Translations under genes and position numbers: made by a program
Notes under the pieces: generated by a model
What the model saw: only the letters and a program-made list of their open reading frames with translations
Database searches by the model: none
What the model was told of the DNA's origin: nothing
Shown here: positions 46,020 to 57,616 of the stretch, piece by piece
How positions within the stretch are numbered: the stretch's first letter is position 1
Layout of the letters: every line of letters begins with the position of its first letter
Source: Schizosaccharomyces osmophilus
Taxonomy: Eukaryota
Assembly: GCF_027921745.1 (NCBI RefSeq)
Contig: NC_079239.1
Coordinates: 1,612,001-1,676,000, forward strand
Direction of reading: 5' to 3'
DNA: 64,000 nt

Positions 46020-47267
46020 ATGAGTGTTGTACGACAAAGCGTACGAAGATACATAACGTCCTCAAAAGTTGCTGCTACTATGCCAAACATTGTAAAAGAA
46101 AGAATGTCTGCACCTGCTCAGCCACCGGTCTTTAGTAATAAAACGTTTTATAAAAGAGCTCTCCCATCTCAATGCTTGGCATTCGACTCACATGCAGGCA
46201 AGCAGGTATTCTTAAGAGCACTTCAAGAAGGTCACATGGAAAATTACTTTTCGTTGGCTCAACAAATGGTTACTCAAAACGAACCAGCCTTTTGTGGAAT
46301 AGGTACTTTGTGTATGATCCTTAATTCCTTAAAGGTAGACCCAGGTCGCTTGTGGAAGGGATCTTGGCGTTGGTATGATCAAAACATGCTGGATTGTTGC
46401 CGTTCACTGAAGGATATAGAAAGAGACGGGGTTACTCTCGAGGAATTTTCTTGTTTAGCAGAGTGCAATGGTTTACAAACTGTGACAAAATGTGTGAAAG
46501 ACGTTTCCTTTGAAGAGTTCATCAAAGACCTCACCATCTGTTCTACACAAGAGGACAAGATCATGGCAATTTCTTTCAGTCGTAAAGTACTGGGACAAAC
46601 AGGAGATGGTCATTTTAGTCCCGTGGGTGGGTATAGTGAAACAGATGGCAAAGTCTTAATTTTAGATGTTGCCAGATTCAAGTATCCCAGCTACTGGGTA
46701 GGCTTGGAATTGATGTACCAAAGTATGTTTCCTTTGGATGCCACAAATGGTCAGCCAAGGGGTTATGTGCTATTGGAATCTATGCGACACCCAGTAGGCG
46801 TGTTCACGGTTGGTTTGAATAAGTACAGTTGGAAAAATGTGTCGAATCACATTCATCATGGGGTTGCTAGTGCAAAGTCCGTGCAGGATTTGATTGCTCG
46901 CTTAGATTCCCTAAATCAATCATCCATACCGCTCATACAACAGCGATCCAACAGTTCCTTATCGGCAGAATTCCAGCACTTCTGCAATGTCCTTGAAAGT
47001 ACTGATACCTATAAACTTGTCTCCCAAAATACCAATTCAGATGCAAAGTATTTGACTCTGGCTTTTTGGTCGATCTTTTCATTGCCCATCTTTCAAAAGG
47101 ACTGCCATCCCACCCTGTTAAATCAACTCATCCCATACCTGAAGGAAATCGACATCAACGAAATTCAGACTCAGGTTTTTGTATTAAGAGAACAGCTGGA
47201 AAGTCTTACTCAATGTTGCAAAGCTGACAAACCTTGTTCTGCTTCTGACTGTTGTAAAAGTTTGTAA
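46020..47267 (+). CDS. pcs2: Phytochelatin synthase
   Basis: TQNEPAFCG (Cys), GDGHFSP (His), LILDVARFKYP (Asp), LDCC, and Cys-rich C-terminus (QCCKADKPCSASDCCK). Confidence 0.93.
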   Translation: MSVVRQSVRRYITSSKVAATMPNIVKERMSAPAQPPVFSNKTFYKRALPSQCLAFDSHAGKQVFLRALQEGHMENYFSLAQQMVTQNEPAFCGIGTLCMILNSLKVDPGRLWKGSWRWYDQNMLDCCRSLKDIERDGVTLEEFSCLAECNGLQTVTKCVKDVSFEEFIKDLTICSTQEDKIMAISFSRKVLGQTGDGHFSPVGGYSETDGKVLILDVARFKYPSYWVGLELMYQSMFPLDATNGQPRGYVLLESMRHPVGVFTVGLNKYSWKNVSNHIHHGVASAKSVQDLIARLDSLNQSSIPLIQQRSNSSLSAEFQHFCNVLESTDTYKLVSQNTNSDAKYLTLAFWSIFSLPIFQKDCHPTLLNQLIPYLKEIDINEIQTQVFVLREQLESLTQCCKADKPCSASDCCKSL

Positions 47268-47606
47268 TACCTTTTTTTGGTATCTATTTATTTATTTTCT
47301 CCTATTCTGTTGTACATCAAAATTAGATTAGCTTTGTGTGTTCGGGCTTGCGATTATCATTAATTTTCTTTTTATCAATCATTTGAACTTTTTATTAAGT
47401 CATTGAATCCATTGAAACCGAAAATTGAGAAAAGAAAAGATAATAAAATATGCAAACGAAAAACTTTGGTAGAATTACTTGCAATATCTAGTAACACCTT
47501 TGAGCCAATTAGGTAACAAATGACAAGCTTGCTCGCGAGAGTAAATCTACTCGGACGAAACTCCTATCAAAAGCATTTGTCTATTTTCGACGGTTTTTGA
47601 AGTATT

Positions 47607-47912
47607 ATGTCTCCCGATCAAATTGCTTTAGTTTTGGGTGGTCTTTTGTCCCTTGGTGGTGCTAAGGGCTACTTCAGCAAAGGAAGCAAAGCTTCTCTCA
47701 TCGCAGGTGTTGGTCTTGGTGCTGTTTATTTGTACTCTTCCCGACTCATGAACCAAGATTCTGCTAACGGTGTTCCTCTTGCCTTGGCAGGATCTGCATT
47801 TTTGTTTGCATCTGGTGTTCCTCGTCTGGCAAAGACCAAAAAGCCTGTTCCTTTAATGCTCACTGTTATTGGTGCTGCCTCTACGGCCTACTACTACAAG
47901 CAATGGGTATAA
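47607..47912 (+). CDS. TMEM14/UPF0136 small membrane protein
   Basis: GGAKGYFSKGSKASLIAG motif, about 4 hydrophobic segments, KPVP. Confidence 0.82.
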   Translation: MSPDQIALVLGGLLSLGGAKGYFSKGSKASLIAGVGLGAVYLYSSRLMNQDSANGVPLALAGSAFLFASGVPRLAKTKKPVPLMLTVIGAASTAYYYKQWV

Positions 47913-48231
47913 TTTTGTGCTCATATTTCTCTTATATAAAACTTGTGTTGATGCAATGAAGAACTTTTGACAATTATAAATGTCTAAAGTTCCTTTCATC
48001 ATATCAAGTTGATAATAACATTCAGCGCATATCTAATACTATAAAAAAAGAAAACCATAAATAATATCGTAACGGTATCGTAAGTTTATGCATTGACCTG
48101 CTGTTCTATCTTGGTATGCTTAGTTGATACACTTCTGTAGCAGGGATGCACAAAAATCTGGAACAGCTTAGCCTAACTGCAGAAAAAAGACTTTGGCTAT
48201 CTAGTGTTGCAAGGAAGAATTTTTTTTCTCA

Positions 48232-49251
48232 TCACCAATATGTTTCTTTGAAAGCCTGAAATTGTGGCCATGTTTGATGAAAGCAATCGCTAGTTTCCAA
48301 CTTTCCTTTCGCTTCCGGCAACCACTCTTGGATTTTACGGATTCTCTTTTCGCTGGAAGGATGGGTACTAACAAAAGCAAGTGTACTGCCCATGCTTGAT
48401 TCTGCAGCAGCCATTCGCTCCCACATACTCTTGGCAGCTTCGGGATCAAAACATGCCTGACTCATCAACATCAATCCGATGTAATCAGCTTCACCCTCCA
48501 TTTTTCGGGAAAATGGTAGAAGTAGTCCAAAGTTTAACAAGAGATGAGCAAACTGTCCAGACAAATCCAACGAAGCTGCTAACAAGTAAAAGACAAAGGT
48601 AATAGCTCTTGTAAAAGCGATCTTTTCTGAAGAGTGCCTTGCCACTTGGTGTGCCGTTTCATGTCCCAAAACCGCAGCTAATCCATCTTCGTTTTGACAT
48701 ATGGGTAATATTCCTTCAAAAACAAACACTTTCCCACCAGGAAGCACAAATGCATTAGCTGAAGGATCTCGAATGACATGCAACTCCCATTTCAGATCTG
48801 AAATCCCTGAAACAGCGATAATCCTTTTTAGTACTCGAGAAACGTACAACGTTGTAGGATGATAGCTTGACAGCATACGATCTCCATACTCGGCCATGAT
48901 TTCCTTGTAAGCACTTTGAGCCATCTTTCGTTCGAAATCTAATGACACATCATTGAAGCGTTTGCGATTGCTAATTGGAACGTATTCTAAATGGGTAAAG
49001 TAGTAAGCCCCACCAGCTGCGACGAGTGCTCCAACGATTAACTGAAATCGCTTGTCTCTTGGATTTGGATTGAATGTCCGATACCTTTTAGTGCCAGTCC
49101 CGTTGGAAGGCCAATTGGGGAAGGAAGCATAATGTCTAGCTTTCGTCACTTGTTGAAACTTGGGGACAGGTCTTTTGAATAAGAAAGGAGATTGTTTTTG
49201 AATTGAACGAGAAAAAGCAAAAAGAAGGGAATTTCCCTTGCTTCGAATCAT
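48232..49251 (-). CDS. oma1: Mitochondrial M48 metallopeptidase Oma1
   Basis: NAFVLPGGKVFVF, LGHETAHQVARH, FSRKMEGEAD, STHPS. Confidence 0.92.
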   Translation of the reverse strand: MIRSKGNSLLFAFSRSIQKQSPFLFKRPVPKFQQVTKARHYASFPNWPSNGTGTKRYRTFNPNPRDKRFQLIVGALVAAGGAYYFTHLEYVPISNRKRFNDVSLDFERKMAQSAYKEIMAEYGDRMLSSYHPTTLYVSRVLKRIIAVSGISDLKWELHVIRDPSANAFVLPGGKVFVFEGILPICQNEDGLAAVLGHETAHQVARHSSEKIAFTRAITFVFYLLAASLDLSGQFAHLLLNFGLLLPFSRKMEGEADYIGLMLMSQACFDPEAAKSMWERMAAAESSMGSTLAFVSTHPSSEKRIRKIQEWLPEAKGKLETSDCFHQTWPQFQAFKETYW

Positions 49252-49769
49252 TCCTGAAAAGAAGGAGAATTTAAAATATGACAGACTTTGAGTATGTACG
49301 ATGGTGTTAGTAAATTATGAGATAAGAGAATATTATTGTATCGGGGTTCTGGATTACACTAAGAAAAATTAGAATGGAAGACGATAGAAACGAAAAAGAA
49401 AGGAATATTGAATTGTAAAAAGTATAGTGTTGTTTTCAACTTCGATTCTAATTCAATTTGGTTTGAAAATGACCTGGGATGGAGGAAGAAGTAGCTGAAG
49501 GCACGTTCGTTGGAACAGACATAAAGAGAAAAACTCACCTCGACGAGCGGTTAGGAGAGAAGGAACTCTGTAAGCAAGATAGGAGTTGTAAAACCCATCC
49601 TTGTTTGGCAAAGGATATAGAAGAATATTTTTCTATGGGTGGAAGATAGAACAACGTCTGAAAGAAAAAAAGTGCAAGAAAGTTTCCAAATTTTGTAGCA
49701 ACACATGATTCATTGTATCGAAAAAAAAAAACAGTGAATAGACCCAGAAAGAAGTTTCAAAATGGGAAA

Positions 49770-50640
49770 TTAGCGTAACCATCGAACAATTAAATAAAAA
49801 CAGAAAAAGACAAAAGCGGCACCAGTGTAGAATATGACTTTATCTTGCCTTGAACGCCTATTAATAGCTGAAAGCGTCGTCCTGGTGATGCCCAATGTAT
49901 TTGCTACATCTAACACTTTCTTCTTTGTCGACTTCAAAATTGATTTCTGCTCAACCAAGTCACCAAGTAGCAAACGACCGCGTTCTAAATACTCATCAAT
50001 TTGGGACTCAGCCCTTCCTATGAAATCGTTTTCATGTAAAAGACCTTCCTGCCTAGTGATGTTAGGTGGGCCATTCTCAACCAGTTCAGCGTCTGTCATG
50101 CCATTTTCACCATATGGATTATCGGGAGTTGCACTCGGATACCCTCTTCTTCCAAATAACTCTCTTCTATTTTTGGCATGGGCAGCATCGCGAACTTGAG
50201 CCTTTAGTTGCTCAAAATGCTCTGATAGTTGGGAATGCTTTTGGTAAAACTCTTGAACACGCACAGTAGCTTTGTTTTTCTTCGCAGGTATCAGTTCCCT
50301 TTTCACCATACTGTTGTAATCCTCAATAGAGCGATTCAGTGAAAGAAAGGATGCCGATATTTGGCCTACACTTTCGTTAGCCAGTTATTGAGAAAGTGCG
50401 TTCTCGAAGGAAAGCTTCGCTTCGTAAAACACGGCAACAGAAGATAAATAGCCTTCAAATAACAGATTCTTCTTTACCTTGGATACCAGCTAGGGATATC
50501 GTGTTGCTTTCATCTTCAACACCACGCTCAAATTCGTTCAGATCCTTTTGTATCGACTGAAGTAACTTGGTACACTAGCATTCACAGTTAATTACTCATT
50601 CATTAATATCTCATACATGGTTATAGAGGGTATTACTCAT
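49770..50640 (-). CDS. bos1: ER-Golgi Qb-SNARE Bos1; introns 50575-50616 and 50366-50477
   Basis: MSNTLYNH/CTKLLQSIQKDL...; SNARE motif DVANTLGITRTTLSAINRRSRQDK with C-terminal TM anchor. Confidence 0.87.
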
Positions 50641-51128
50641 TATTTGCCAGGAAAGGTTCCAAGACAATATTTCATTACGTCCTCTACACATTTCATGGTG
50701 TAAGTAGATGATTTATGAACAAGTAACAGATGTTACCTGTATATAAAACGACATAATGGGACTGTAAACAAAAGATAAATTCATAAAATGACTGAATGGG
50801 TGTTAATTCATAAAGGGACATAATGGGCGGTGGATCATAATAAGACATAATGGGATGGTAAGCCAAAGGCCAAGTTACTATAAATACAGGTCAAGTACGG
50901 CGATCAGGGGAATTCATTTCTAACCTTTTTATTTCATTGATTTATGAAGAGTGTCGTCGCAACAACTCATTAGATCATTATTACTTTCTAAGAAGAAGTA
51001 TATCAAAAAAGAGATATATAAAATAAAAAAAAAAAAAACAAAAAACCTACATTTATCCAGTTGTCGTAAGTACCTAACACATTTGAAAAATAATGAATGA
51101 CAAAAATGTTTGCCAGCAAACATTTGGC

Positions 51129-52953
51129 TTATGCCAAACGGCGTTTTCTAGAGGAGTGATTCGATGAACGTACACGAGTACGAGGCTTTTTCCAAAAATA
51201 TTGCTTATGGACTCGGCGCGAAGAACGCACAGGACGCATAATTGGTGCATAACGCTGGCGACGTTCTTCATCGTCATCTTCTTCCGGGTTATAATACCAT
51301 TGACTCCAAAGAGGATCGCCATTGGCATCCGTTCCAAATCGTCGAACCTCCTTTAGGTATGAATATTGCTTAGCAAGCTCGCGTAAGTGGTCCTGAACGG
51401 CAGCCAAAGGCATACCGCTTGGGAACAAGTGAGCTAACACGGTCAACGCCGTCGTAGAAGTTGTAGAAAAAACCAATTCATCCAAAATGAGTCCCATTAG
51501 TAGACTTTCGGGAGCTGAATTTTCCTTTGATGACTCAACATAATTTTCAGAAGGCTCATTAGCGTAGCCATTTTCTTGTAAACAGGTGGTAGGATCAGCT
51601 TTTACTTCGTTATATGAGTTAGGGGTCATGGTATTTGCATTTTCATCATCATTGTACGGTGAAGAGGGTAATATGGCAGTAGGAGGTTCTTGATTCTCTT
51701 CCATTTCCCGGTTCGCAATTAGGTTCTTTAGGTGTTTTCTGTTCGCTAAACCTTCAGCACTTTCGTCCATGCTATCATGGCGAACGACGATGGGCTCCTC
51801 CGGCGTTGGCACTACGTTATTGTAAAATTCGCCGTTACTTCCTTCTTCATCTTGATATACTTGGATGTCTTGTTGTTCATGGTTTGGATCACAGCTATAG
51901 GATTCAGTGCTGAGATTAGGCTTAAGATAGGAATCATTCTCTTCCATTTTAGCTGTTGATTCATTCATCATAGACATGTCAATTTCCTCAGCGGCATGTA
52001 CATTGGCTTTTTTGTCTTCTTCCATTCCAACCTCAATAAGTCTTTCAAGTACACGTTGTTTTCTAGCTGGCTCGTTTTCTTCGGTAGATGTGTTTGCGAT
52101 ATCCTTAAATCTTGCTTTTGTCAATGCCTGGGCAGCAAAAAGTTCAGGATCAGCTCCGATTTCTTGAGGAGGAGAAGAAGGTAGCAAAGGAAGGTGTCCG
52201 CGAGTTGATGGAGACATCGGTGCTTCATTTTCATTTGCGGCATCATCATACTCTGAGTTTTCTCCTTCGGTATCGAAAGGATCTTCGGGCCAGCCAAGTA
52301 GCATTCGATACCCAAAAACATCTAGTATAGGACAACTGTCAAGTCCTGGACGGAACAAAACGACACGGTCATTTTTTTTCATGTGGTAGACGGCTTTGCG
52401 TAAGGAGTCAGTAAGAATCATACCGTTCCAACCTACACACTCAACGATCATACGGTCAAGTGTGCATATAACGACTGCATGGACGCGTGAAATAGCCTTG
52501 TCAGCGATGGAAAGGACATGATCACATTGTTGTGTTGAGCGTCCAATCTTGATGACACGAGACACATTCATCTTCACATACGACATGGGCGTTAAAGGTT
52601 CCCGTTTCACGGCGGAAATGGGTGACGATGGTTGATAAAAGGTGTTGCTGGAAGGCTCTGGAGTCAAAACGAATTGGCCTAAAATCAATTAGTAAAGCAT
52701 TCTTTGAAAGCTAGTCGGGCTACATAGACTGACTAGCAGGAAGGTGATAGAGTGAATCATTGACACGCATTGAGTACAATGGATCCGATGAATACAACTC
52801 TTTATGAAAGACAAGGTACCTACCTAAGGGAGGCTTCCCTACGTTAAGAGAGCCATTAGGATGTTTTGACATCCAGCTTTTCTTATGAAAAGGACTGGGA
52901 GACGAGGAAATGGGTGAAGGAAGTGAGAACTCATTCTCTGTTACTGAAGCCAT
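51129..52953 (-). CDS. tos4: FHA-domain G1/S chromatin regulator Tos4; probable intron 52679-52733 (GTCAGT donor)
   Basis: FHA IGRS...ISRVHA...GWNG; C-terminal GTDANGDPL..WYY.PE.D.D.ERR...RSSRRVHKQYFWKKP; MCB cluster upstream. Confidence 0.85.
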
Positions 52954-53367
52954 TGGAGAAGATGAACAAAATTAAGAGGATAGAAACGACTGAAAAGAGG
53001 GAGAGAGGTAATATTAAAATGAATAAAAGAAAGTAAGTCTTTGAAGCACACCAAGGTTTAGATAAGCCAGTGTAATGTTAGGACGAACTAACAAAGAAAG
53101 ATGCGGGGGAATTAAACAAAGAAATGAAATTATTTTTGAAAGACTTCAACGAATTACCTTATATATCTAAAGTTTGAAGTAATCACTCAGTTACGTCTTA
53201 CACGTTTAGCATAACCCCGACAGAAAGATGTCAACAAACAAAGGATACAGTTTACACCTAATGAACAACCTTTTTTATGAATATGCAAACGCTGTTGAAG
53301 CAACAGATGCAGAGTCTGTTGAAGAAAGACTCTCAAACACCGCTGCAATGTTTATATATATGAAGTA

Positions 53368-53955
53368 GCGCGTTCGTGTCGCGACGCGTCGCGGCTGAGA
53401 TAGATTGAGCAATAAGCGTGGACGCGTTTTCATTTTACGTGTTTACTGGATCCAGTGGCTTCCGTAAAGCGCGACGCGCTGCCATATGACAAAAATGCGA
53501 TTTTAATTATGAATGTTGTTTCCATAAGTAAATATTGGAAAAGACACTTTCAAAAAGGGAAAGAGGTGTGTCGAAAGGCAAAAAGTGGTTTATGTTAAAG
53601 GTGAACTCATACTCTGAAATCAAGGGATTTCACTTTTCTTTCAAAAAGAGCTGCCATTGTCATGACCCTGTTCTACCAAACAGCCCTGTATACGCGACGC
53701 GTTGCAACAACCTAACAAAGAAGAAGCAGGACCACAGTGTCGTTTCACAAGTTGTAAAGAGAATAGAGGTAACCATATGCTTTCCAAGCTACTTGAATAT
53801 GTTTGCACGAGTGACTTTTAGTTAAATTTGAACTTTTGTTGCAACCTTTCCGTATGCACGCGTAATTTCTTATACAAGCACCATTGCTAAGAATTGGTTT
53901 ATTTTAGATTTTCTTTGTAAAAAGAAGAAAGGAGTAAACCGTTTAACGCGCGTTT
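53368..53955. promoter_or_regulatory. Cluster of MCB (ACGCGT/ACGCG) MBF elements upstream of tos4
   Basis: CGCGACGCGTCGCG at 53380-53393; further ACGCGT near 53422, 53697, 53858; CGCGACGCG near 53470; ACGCGCGT near 53946. Confidence 0.82.
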
Positions 53956-54857
53956 TGATCGTTCGATCTCCTGTTTTTGAAAGAAGGTCAGGTTATTTAT
54001 TAGTGTAACGCAGTGTGCAAACTTTTCTAACCAATGAATCTTTCATTTTCTTGAATAATTCAAACAATTATGTCCAAAGAAAACATTTTTGTGAATCTAT
54101 TTCCTTCTTTTTATTTTCAATTCAATTCAAACGACCGTGAAAGGACGCTGCTCATTTTAACCTGCCTTGTATACGAAACAACACGCCTAGTATTTTAACT
54201 CTTCTTTTGTTTATTTGTGAGACTTTTCGTGTTTAGTGAACGTTAACCTCTTTTAGCTTTTTTGGAATTTTGTGTCCTATCCCACATACCGTTAATTACA
54301 ACACTGCCGTAAATAGCTCTAATGTATGGATAGAAGAAAGAAGTTTCGAGCTCAATCAAGAAACAATTGAAGTGCTTCCTATAACCGATAAAATTAAAAA
54401 TAGAAATTGTTTTTTTTATTTTTCTTTAATAGATTTTCTGTATTTGGGACTGCTATAATTTAGAACACCAGAAACTGCTCTCTCATTTATTACCGCACTA
54501 AGGTCTGTCCTCAACCAATTCACTCAACAACGTGAAGAAGTACTTGATTCTTCTTTTCTTGTGAAATACTTGTTTTAAAGGCTCTCGTACTATTCAGAGC
54601 TTAATTAAATTTCACATTTAGGTATTTCTGTATTTTAAACAGGTATGTGAAATGTAAAATGTGAAAAATTTGCATTGCAAGATATGCTGGTCTATGGGCT
54701 GCAAGAGATGAGAAACACTGTGGCTATTCCAACAGTTGTTGATTCTTTGGAATTTTTTCACTTTGAATTTCCAAAAATGGTTTCTTGTCTTGGTCAACAC
54801 AAGCTGCACAGCATAGCATTATCGTGACTATAGAATTCTAACTCTTAATGTAGTGCC

Positions 54858-57035
54858 ATGTCTTCCAGGACGAACGTTGTCGGTATCGATTTTGGTAACA
54901 GCAAGACTGTTATTGCTGTTGCTCGTAATCGTGCTATCGATGTCATTGTAAACGAAGTTTCCAATCGTTCTACTCCTTCTTTGGTCTCTTACGGTGAACG
55001 CTGCCGTTTCTTGGGTGAAGGTGCCAAGTCTCAAGAGGCTTCCAACTTTAAGAACACTGTTGGAAGTTTGAAGCGTTTGGCTGGCCGCACCCTCGATGAC
55101 CCCGAGATCCAACAGATCGAGTCTGCCTTCGTTTCCGCTCCTCTTGCCGAGGTTGATGGTTTCGTTGGTGCTAAAGTACGTTACCTCAACGAAGAAAATG
55201 CATTCTCCAACATTCAACTCATTGCTGCCTACTTTACCAAGGTTAAGGCTATTGCTGAAGCTGAGTTGATTGGCTCCGTTAGCGATGTCGTTATTTCTAT
55301 CCCTGCTTGGTTCACTGACATTCAACGTCGTGCCATCTTGGAAGCCGCCAACCTTGCCGGTCTCAACCCTTTGCGTTTGATGAATGACAACGCTGCTGCT
55401 GCTTTGACCTATGGTATTACCAAGACCGACTTGCCTGAACCTGAAGATCCTCGTAAGGTTGCCATTGTTGACCTTGGTCACTCCAACTACTCCGTTTCTA
55501 TTATCGAGTTCAGCCGTGGCCAATTCCACATTAAGTCCACCGTTTGTGACCGTAACCTTGGTAGCCGTAACATGGACAAGGCTCTCATTGACCACTTTGC
55601 TGCTGAATTCAAACAAAAATACCAGATGGATGTTCTTTCTAACTCTAAGGCCACCTTCCGCTTGGCCGCTGCTGTCGAGCGTCTCAAGAAGGTTCTTTCC
55701 GCTAATGCTTCTGCTCACATTAACGTCGAAATGATCATGAACGACATTGATGCTAGCTCTTTCATAAAGAGAGACCAATTTGAAGAACTCATTCAACCCC
55801 TTTTGGAGCGTCTTACTAAGCCCCTTCAAGAAGCCCTCGACCAAGCCGGTATCAAGAAAGAGGAACTTTACAGCGTTGAAATGGTCGGTGGCTGCACTCG
55901 TGTTCCCAGCGTTAAGGAAACCGTTTCCAACTTCTTTGGTAAGACCCTTTCTTTCACCTTGAACCAAGATGAAGCCGTTGCCCGTGGTTGTGCTCTCTCT
56001 TGTGCTATTTTGTCTCCTGTTTTCCGTGTTCGTGACTTTAACGTTCATGATATTACCCCATATCCCGTCACCTTCAGCTGGGAGCCTATCCCCGAAAACC
56101 CTGAAGAAGACACTAACTTGGAAGTTTTCTCTCGTAACAACCCCATTCCCTCTACCAAGATCTTGACCTTCTACCGTAAAGCTCCCTTCACCCTTGATGC
56201 TTTCTATTCTCACAAGGAGCTTTTGCCTGGTAACATCCGCCCCAACATTGCTCGTTATTTGATCAATGATGTTAAGCCTAACGCTCAAGGTGATTTGAGC
56301 ATTGTCAAGATCAAGGCTCGTCTTGATTTACACGGTATTTTGGTTGTTGAGCAAGCTTACATTGTCGAAGAGCAAGAAGTTGAAGAGCCTGTCGAGACTC
56401 CTCCCAAGGAAGGTGAAGAAGAAAAGGATGAGCCCGTCAAGATGCGCAAGGTTAAGAAGTTGGTCAAGACCGCTGATCTCAGCGTTTCTGTTGAGGAAGA
56501 GCGTCTTCCTGAAAAGGTTTTGCAGAAGTACTCTGAAATGGAGCATCAAATGATTGCCAATGATAAACTTGTTTCTGAGACCGTTGATCGCAAGAACGCC
56601 TTAGAAGAATATATCTACGACACTCGTTCGAAGCTTGATGAGATTTATGCTCCCTTTACTAATGAGGAGGAAAGCTCCAAATTCAAAGAATTGCTTGGCG
56701 CCTCCGAAGACTGGTTGTACGAAGAAGGTGAAGATACCACCAAGGCCATCTATACCGCTAAGCTTGAGGATCTCATGCGTATTGGAGGTCCTATCCGTCA
56801 GCGTTACTTAGACTCTGAGGAAGAGAAGCGTCAAAAGGTTCAAGCTGAGCGTGATGCCACTGCCAAAGCCGCTGCTGAAAAGACAAAGAAGCAAGAAGAT
56901 GTGCCCTCTGGTAAATTTGAAGCTGGTACTGGTGGTCGTGCTCCTCCTCCTCCTCCTGCTGAGCCTGTTGCCGAAGGAAACGGTGAGGGAGAAAATCAGA
57001 ATGAACAAATGGAAATCGATGAGCAGAAGCAATAA
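54858..57035 (+). CDS. pss1: Hsp110/Sse1-type Hsp70 family chaperone
   Basis: VGIDFGN, NEVSNRSTPSLV, LNQDEAVARGCALSCAILSP, KNALEEYIY, EDWLYEEGED. Confidence 0.94.
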   Translation: MSSRTNVVGIDFGNSKTVIAVARNRAIDVIVNEVSNRSTPSLVSYGERCRFLGEGAKSQEASNFKNTVGSLKRLAGRTLDDPEIQQIESAFVSAPLAEVDGFVGAKVRYLNEENAFSNIQLIAAYFTKVKAIAEAELIGSVSDVVISIPAWFTDIQRRAILEAANLAGLNPLRLMNDNAAAALTYGITKTDLPEPEDPRKVAIVDLGHSNYSVSIIEFSRGQFHIKSTVCDRNLGSRNMDKALIDHFAAEFKQKYQMDVLSNSKATFRLAAAVERLKKVLSANASAHINVEMIMNDIDASSFIKRDQFEELIQPLLERLTKPLQEALDQAGIKKEELYSVEMVGGCTRVPSVKETVSNFFGKTLSFTLNQDEAVARGCALSCAILSPVFRVRDFNVHDITPYPVTFSWEPIPENPEEDTNLEVFSRNNPIPSTKILTFYRKAPFTLDAFYSHKELLPGNIRPNIARYLINDVKPNAQGDLSIVKIKARLDLHGILVVEQAYIVEEQEVEEPVETPPKEGEEEKDEPVKMRKVKKLVKTADLSVSVEEERLPEKVLQKYSEMEHQMIANDKLVSETVDRKNALEEYIYDTRSKLDEIYAPFTNEEESSKFKELLGASEDWLYEEGEDTTKAIYTAKLEDLMRIGGPIRQRYLDSEEEKRQKVQAERDATAKAAAEKTKKQEDVPSGKFEAGTGGRAPPPPPAEPVAEGNGEGENQNEQMEIDEQKQ

Positions 57036-57616
57036 AAAAGTTTAGGTACCGTTTGCTTATGATGTTTTAATATAGTTTTTGTTCATCCTTGAAAGGCTTT
57101 ATTTTGTCTTCGGAGATAGTTAGGTTTAAAAAAAATAGTTATTGTTCTATAGAAGTCTTACATATGTGAGCGCAATGTAGCATGGTAATGGGTAGCAAAC
57201 GTGTTTTTAGAAAATTGTTGGTGTTCACCTATATTCGAAAATAAATGTAAAGAGCGCATATTTCCAATTACACAATTAGATAAAAAGTTATACTCTAAGA
57301 TTATCGCTGTTCATTAATTCTTATAGTCAACACCGGAAAAAAAAAGTGTTGATGTATTTGCAGCAAAGAGTATATACTACAGACAAGATCAATCAAAGTC
57401 AACAGGTAGAACGGATAGAAAAAAAATGCCCAGTTAAAACATACAGGGGGGAACCAAAGAAGTTACAAGATAGGAAGACGGAAACGAATATAAAGGTGTA
57501 GATGTCAGAAATGGCTAGCGTAGAAGGATGCTATAGAATAGGGATAGTTAATTAAAGCTTACTTTAAGCACCGGCAAATTTTGTAGATGCCGACATAAAT
57601 GAGGGCCAAAGACAGA

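Noticed and set aside
54300..54857. Heat-shock elements upstream of pss1
   Set aside because: Only partial nGAAn arrays are visible; expected biologically but not supportable at specific coordinates.
54828..56288. 486-aa antisense ORF opposite pss1
   Set aside because: Long antisense frames are a well-known by-product of codon bias in Hsp70-family genes; no independent protein features.
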